Shown here piece by piece: positions 60,068 to 64,000 of a stretch of 64,000 nucleotides of DNA (position 1 is the stretch's first letter; every line of letters starts with the position of its first letter). A program made the position numbers and the translations under genes. The notes under the pieces were generated by a model, which saw only the letters and a list, made by a program, of their open reading frames with translations, had not been told where the DNA came from and made no database searches. The stretch comes from Thermodesulfovibrionales bacterium (GTDB lineage: Bacteria; Nitrospirota; Thermodesulfovibrionia; Thermodesulfovibrionales; SM23-35): positions 160,001 to 224,000 of the forward strand of contig CAVQRT010000002.1 in assembly GCA_963715195.1 (NCBI GenBank). Direction: 5' to 3'.

Positions 60068-61246
60068 CTATGCAGTACGCAGCAAGACCCGATTCTTCCC
60101 CTCAGATTTCGCCTGGTAGAGAGCCTTATCAGCATTCTGAATGACTTTATCTATTGAGTCACCATCTTCTGGGAAACTGGCAATACCTCCACTTATAGAG
60201 ACGAATCCAAGAGGCTGCTTTTCCTTATGAGGGAAAGAATATTGTGAAATTTTTTTCCTCAGCCGCTCTGCGTATGTAAAAGCATCTTTTTTAGTAATGC
60301 CAGGCAGCATGGCAACGAATTCCTCCCCCCCGTATCGAGTAATAGTTGCCTCTTTTCGGGTAGCACTCTGCATAAGTCTGCTGAGTTCAATTAAAAGTGC
60401 GTCACCTGCATTATGACCATTCGTATCATTATAGTGTTTGAAATTATCGATATCAAAGAGAATAACAGATAGAACCGTTCCATCTCTGACCGCCTTTTCT
60501 ATGAAAATCTGAGCCATTTGACGCAGATAATTACGGTTGCTTAACCCTGTTAATGGGTCGGTATTTGCCTTGTGCCGTGCATCGTTGAGCATTATTTGGT
60601 TTATGAGAGCTGCACTTGATATGTCTGATATCATCTTCAATAAGTCACTCTCATTTCCGAAAGGATTTTCAATTTCTCCAACGCCAATAACACCAAGGAG
60701 TCGTTCTTTGTAGGTAATCGGTACCGCAATCGATAATCGCGCCTTTAGACTTCCGGTCCCCTTCTGCTGGGCGTAAAATTTATTGTAATGCTCTCTCATA
60801 ATGACAAACCCATGTTCTGCTGCCGTACCTACGATATCCTCTCCTAAAGCAAATGATATCTGTTCTTGTGGTGCACTTTTATCCAACGACATTTTTTTTA
60901 AGCGATTATCTGATTCATCAAACAGAAAAAGTTCCACATTGTCGGTTATCACGACATCGTTTACTAATTCTATAATGGCATGCTCAATCTCTTGCAGATT
61001 TAAGGATGAATTCAACCGCTGAATGATTGCAGGGACTTTTAATATGAAAGAAAGATAGCGGCTGTTCAATTGAACGAGGCTGTTGATTTTCGTATTCAGT
61101 TTCTTGATCTGATTATCTCTATGAATGATCTCGTTTTCGGCACTGGAATTCCGCTGATTTTTCATTTTATGTGAAAACAGAATATAGAGAAATACAATTA
61201 AACTGATTATGACTGCTGAGCTTAGCAACACAGAATAACCAGGCAT
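60068..61246 (-). CDS. Membrane-anchored GAF - GGDEF diguanylate cyclase
   Basis: N-terminal TM, GAF, DIDNFKHYNDTNGH, RYGGEEF; no RxxD I-site (RKEA). Confidence 0.93.
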   Translation of the reverse strand: MPGYSVLLSSAVIISLIVFLYILFSHKMKNQRNSSAENEIIHRDNQIKKLNTKINSLVQLNSRYLSFILKVPAIIQRLNSSLNLQEIEHAIIELVNDVVITDNVELFLFDESDNRLKKMSLDKSAPQEQISFALGEDIVGTAAEHGFVIMREHYNKFYAQQKGTGSLKARLSIAVPITYKERLLGVIGVGEIENPFGNESDLLKMISDISSAALINQIMLNDARHKANTDPLTGLSNRNYLRQMAQIFIEKAVRDGTVLSVILFDIDNFKHYNDTNGHNAGDALLIELSRLMQSATRKEATITRYGGEEFVAMLPGITKKDAFTYAERLRKKISQYSFPHKEKQPLGFVSISGGIASFPEDGDSIDKVIQNADKALYQAKSEGKNRVLLRTA

Positions 61247-61386
61247 ATTAACCCTCCAACGATCAGTACTAAGATAGCAACCAAAATATATTATATAACT
61301 TCTTCTTAGATAACGGGAAATGCGTTTTTTTTCAATCTTACCTTAGTAGGGGTTTTAAAAAATGAACTTCCGTTCTAAAAATTAAC

Positions 61387-61402
61387 AGGCACGAATATTG
61401 CT
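61387..61402 (+). promoter_or_regulatory. Sigma-54 (-24/-12) promoter
   Basis: AGGCACGAATATTGCT (GGCACG-N4-TTGC) upstream of the HEAT-repeat gene. Confidence 0.75.
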
Positions 61403-61504
61403 TAATTTAATGATATATTTGAGATGAAATATCAAGAAAAGGCTTTGATTTGAAGGGATTTATTCATGATAATTCCTGCAAACTATAGCGGACTATAATC
61501 GGAC

Positions 61505-63649
61505 ATGGATAATAATGTTGAGAAAATCCCACTTGACGCAAAGCTATTGAGTTATGCGATCATTGAACTGAATATTTCTCGCCGAAACGTGGCAATGTAC
61601 CCGGGCGATCACCCCTTGGTAGAACGATCGTTAAACAATGCATTTAAATTTCTGAAACAGCTTTTCGATATCAGATCAGAAATCACGCTTGCCATTGCAA
61701 AAGATACCCTCATTATCGATCATTATCAGCTAGATAAAAAAAATCCTGTCTTCAGCGACTTTGCTCGTACACTCAGTCAAATGAATATTGCTTACATGAC
61801 ACTTAAGAAGGGCTTAACAAAAGATGAATTATATAGGTTTCATCGTTTTATAACGGAAAAAGGAGAGAATTCAAATATTCAAAACCTCAAAGAGGTCTAT
61901 ACGGAACATAACGTAACTCATATTGATCTCGGCTTTGTAGATTACCGGAAATTTATAACGAGAGAGTACACTCCTGCTCAGCAATCCCAAAAAGCACCTC
62001 TCTGGGAACGGTATATATACGGCCTCATTGAAGGTACTCTTCAGGGTGAAGCGATAGCCAATGAAGTAAACCACATACCTCCGGAAATGCTTGCAAAACT
62101 CCTCAACAAGGTTTCAGGCCCGAACATGAAAGAAGAATCATATGCTAAGGTTATTACCACGTATATGAAGAGTTCTTCCGAAAGCGTATTTTCTGGTCAG
62201 GATCTGAAGAGATTGTTGGCATTTATCGAGTGTCTTAGGCCTGATCTGAAAAAGAGGTTTCTTTCCTCAACGGTGAAAACCTTCTCAGCAGATACTGCAT
62301 CAACCTATCAGTCAATGAAGACCATGTCAGTGGAAGACATTGAGAGATTCCTTGATACAGTCAATAAACAGAGGGTTTCTATCCCGCCGGTCCTTACGGA
62401 TCTCATCGGAAAATTGTCCTTCAATCCTGAGGTTTCATCTGATGCCATCTACCTTGAAGAAGATCTCATAGAAGATGAAGAAGTTGATTTATCCAGTCTT
62501 GCCGAGTTCTTTAACGAAGAGAACACCGAGAAAGCCGACGTCACGAATGACCTGCAGGAGATACAGACTCTTTTAGAATTCGATGCCTCGGAGTTAAGGA
62601 CTTCTGAGTTCATGGAATTCGAAAATGAGTTGAACGAAGAGATCACAGAAAAAAGGTTTCTTCAGATCATTCTCGAACTTATGATATCAAGAACAGTGTC
62701 AGAGGACAATTATCAGGTTTATGTAAATAAAATAAGGGAACAATCGCAACAGTTATTGTCGATTGGACAATATAAACAGTTGCTTGATGTGTTAAAAATA
62801 CTTGAGTTAAACAAGAAACAGGACCGCTTCCCGAATGTAAATTCAAAAGCCCTTCAGTATTATCATTCCCCGCAGTTTATCGCGCAGGTCGTTGAGTCTT
62901 TTAAGATATTAGGGAAACAATTCAAAAAAGATGTTTGGATGCTGTGCGATTATTATGATAGGGAAATCATACCTTACCTCCTTGATGCGCTTATAGAAGA
63001 GGAATCTCAAATTGTCAGACGATATTTGTTGGACGTCCTGAAAGAATTTGGGGATAAGATAATTCCGGAGGCTGTAAAGCGACTTCATGATGACAGATGG
63101 TTTGTAAAAAGGAATATGCTCTATATCCTGCAGGATAGGGATACGAGGGAAGTGAGAGAATCTATAAGACCCTTCTGCAGGGATGAAAATCGCAAGGTGA
63201 GTGTTACAGCACTGAGATGTCTGCTGAACAATAAAGATCATTACGCAATAGAAATAATAAGGGAGAATCTCGCCTCAGACTCTAAGGAATTGTATCAGCA
63301 AGCACTTACCCTCTCCAGCTCTTTCAAGCTTAAAGAAGTCGTTGGGGATTTGATTGGCTTGCTCAGAAAACAGGAAAAAAGCGGAGATGATATCCTGGAC
63401 AAGATTCCGATCGTTAAGGCCCTTGGAGAAATAGCTGATCCCCGAGCACTTGATGTCCTGAGAGAATTGCTTTCAACGAAGGGTATCTTTAATAGAAAAA
63501 TGCTGGATCAACTGAAAGGAGAGATATATAAAACACTCGTAAATTATCCATATGAGCTTGTTCAAGATTTGGTAGAAGCTGGGATACAATCGAAAAATGA
63601 AGTGATGAAAAGCGAATCATTTCATGTGCGGGAGGGAAAATCAGAGTAA
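61505..63649 (+). CDS. HEAT-repeat-containing protein
   Basis: C-terminal HEAT/PBS-like repeats (LHDDRWFVKRNMLYIL, VKALGEIADPRALDVL); N-terminal MYPGDHP domain. Confidence 0.85.
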   Translation: MDNNVEKIPLDAKLLSYAIIELNISRRNVAMYPGDHPLVERSLNNAFKFLKQLFDIRSEITLAIAKDTLIIDHYQLDKKNPVFSDFARTLSQMNIAYMTLKKGLTKDELYRFHRFITEKGENSNIQNLKEVYTEHNVTHIDLGFVDYRKFITREYTPAQQSQKAPLWERYIYGLIEGTLQGEAIANEVNHIPPEMLAKLLNKVSGPNMKEESYAKVITTYMKSSSESVFSGQDLKRLLAFIECLRPDLKKRFLSSTVKTFSADTASTYQSMKTMSVEDIERFLDTVNKQRVSIPPVLTDLIGKLSFNPEVSSDAIYLEEDLIEDEEVDLSSLAEFFNEENTEKADVTNDLQEIQTLLEFDASELRTSEFMEFENELNEEITEKRFLQIILELMISRTVSEDNYQVYVNKIREQSQQLLSIGQYKQLLDVLKILELNKKQDRFPNVNSKALQYYHSPQFIAQVVESFKILGKQFKKDVWMLCDYYDREIIPYLLDALIEEESQIVRRYLLDVLKEFGDKIIPEAVKRLHDDRWFVKRNMLYILQDRDTREVRESIRPFCRDENRKVSVTALRCLLNNKDHYAIEIIRENLASDSKELYQQALTLSSSFKLKEVVGDLIGLLRKQEKSGDDILDKIPIVKALGEIADPRALDVLRELLSTKGIFNRKMLDQLKGEIYKTLVNYPYELVQDLVEAGIQSKNEVMKSESFHVREGKSE

Positions 63650-64000
63650 ATGGTTAAGGTGAGAGGATTTATATCAGCATTCATGTCAGCAGTATCAAAC
63701 TGCAGGCTTTACTCAATTAATCATGAATCGGTTGTGGGACTCATCGAGAAAGTCTTTTTCATCCTTAATGAAATGTTTCATATATCTGGTACTGTAGAAA
63801 TAATGATCATTGATAGTGATCTTGTCGTTAACAACAACCCTCTGAAAGATACGAGCCTCCACGAGAAAAATTTCATTAAACTGCTGAAGAGAAAAGGTAT
63901 TTCTCATATTAATTTCATCAAAGGTTTCCCCCGTTCAGAATTGAAACAACTTATTGCTTATCTTGCAGCATCGAAGCAGGGAATAAAATCCTTACCACAT
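63650..64000 (+). CDS. Partial CDS (runs off window), N-terminal domain paralogous to that of the HEAT protein; possibly an HD-GYP protein
   Basis: ATG directly after the HEAT stop (TAAATG); open to the window end: MVKVRGFISAFMSAVSNCRLYSINHESV...KGISHINFIKGFPRSELKQLIAYL. Confidence 0.75.
   Translation, partial: MVKVRGFISAFMSAVSNCRLYSINHESVVGLIEKVFFILNEMFHISGTVEIMIIDSDLVVNNNPLKDTSLHEKNFIKLLKRKGISHINFIKGFPRSELKQLIAYLAASKQGIKSLPH

Overview
Bacterial chromosomal window from an anaerobic sulfur-cycling organism. Gene content suggests Nitrospirota/Thermodesulfovibrionia or a Desulfobacterota-like lineage; this is inference, not a database result. In order it holds: the start of the dcw cluster (mraZ-rsmH-ftsL-ftsI-murE, minus strand, with MraZ boxes); HU; a DHH/CBS tRNA nucleotidyltransferase; a diguanylate cyclase; PolX; an unannotated 6S RNA; a complete sulfate-activation/APS-reduction run (adk-sat-aprBA-qmoABC-hppA, with hppA frameshifted) followed by a YkgJ-family gene and a PurH half-enzyme; a kinase-USP pair; the mreBCD-mrdA-(cysM)-rodA operon; tRNA-Met with a small greB/ywbE islet; ychF; a plant-type threonine synthase / cystathionine gamma-synthase pair; large purL carrying in-frame repeat insertions; purB; rpsB-tsf-pyrH-frr; a split Lys-rich/DksA locus; and, from about 52 kb, an AT-richer c-di-GMP signalling island. 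The most notable signals are (1) that island, with three sigma-54 promoters and a HEAT protein whose N-terminal domain is shared with the next gene, (2) an identical anti-16S-like 13-mer 63-65 nt upstream of both aprB and hppA, (3) the plant-like O-phosphohomoserine branch-point gene pair, and (4) repeat elements inserted in-frame in purL. All calls are from visual motif recognition; no searches were run.
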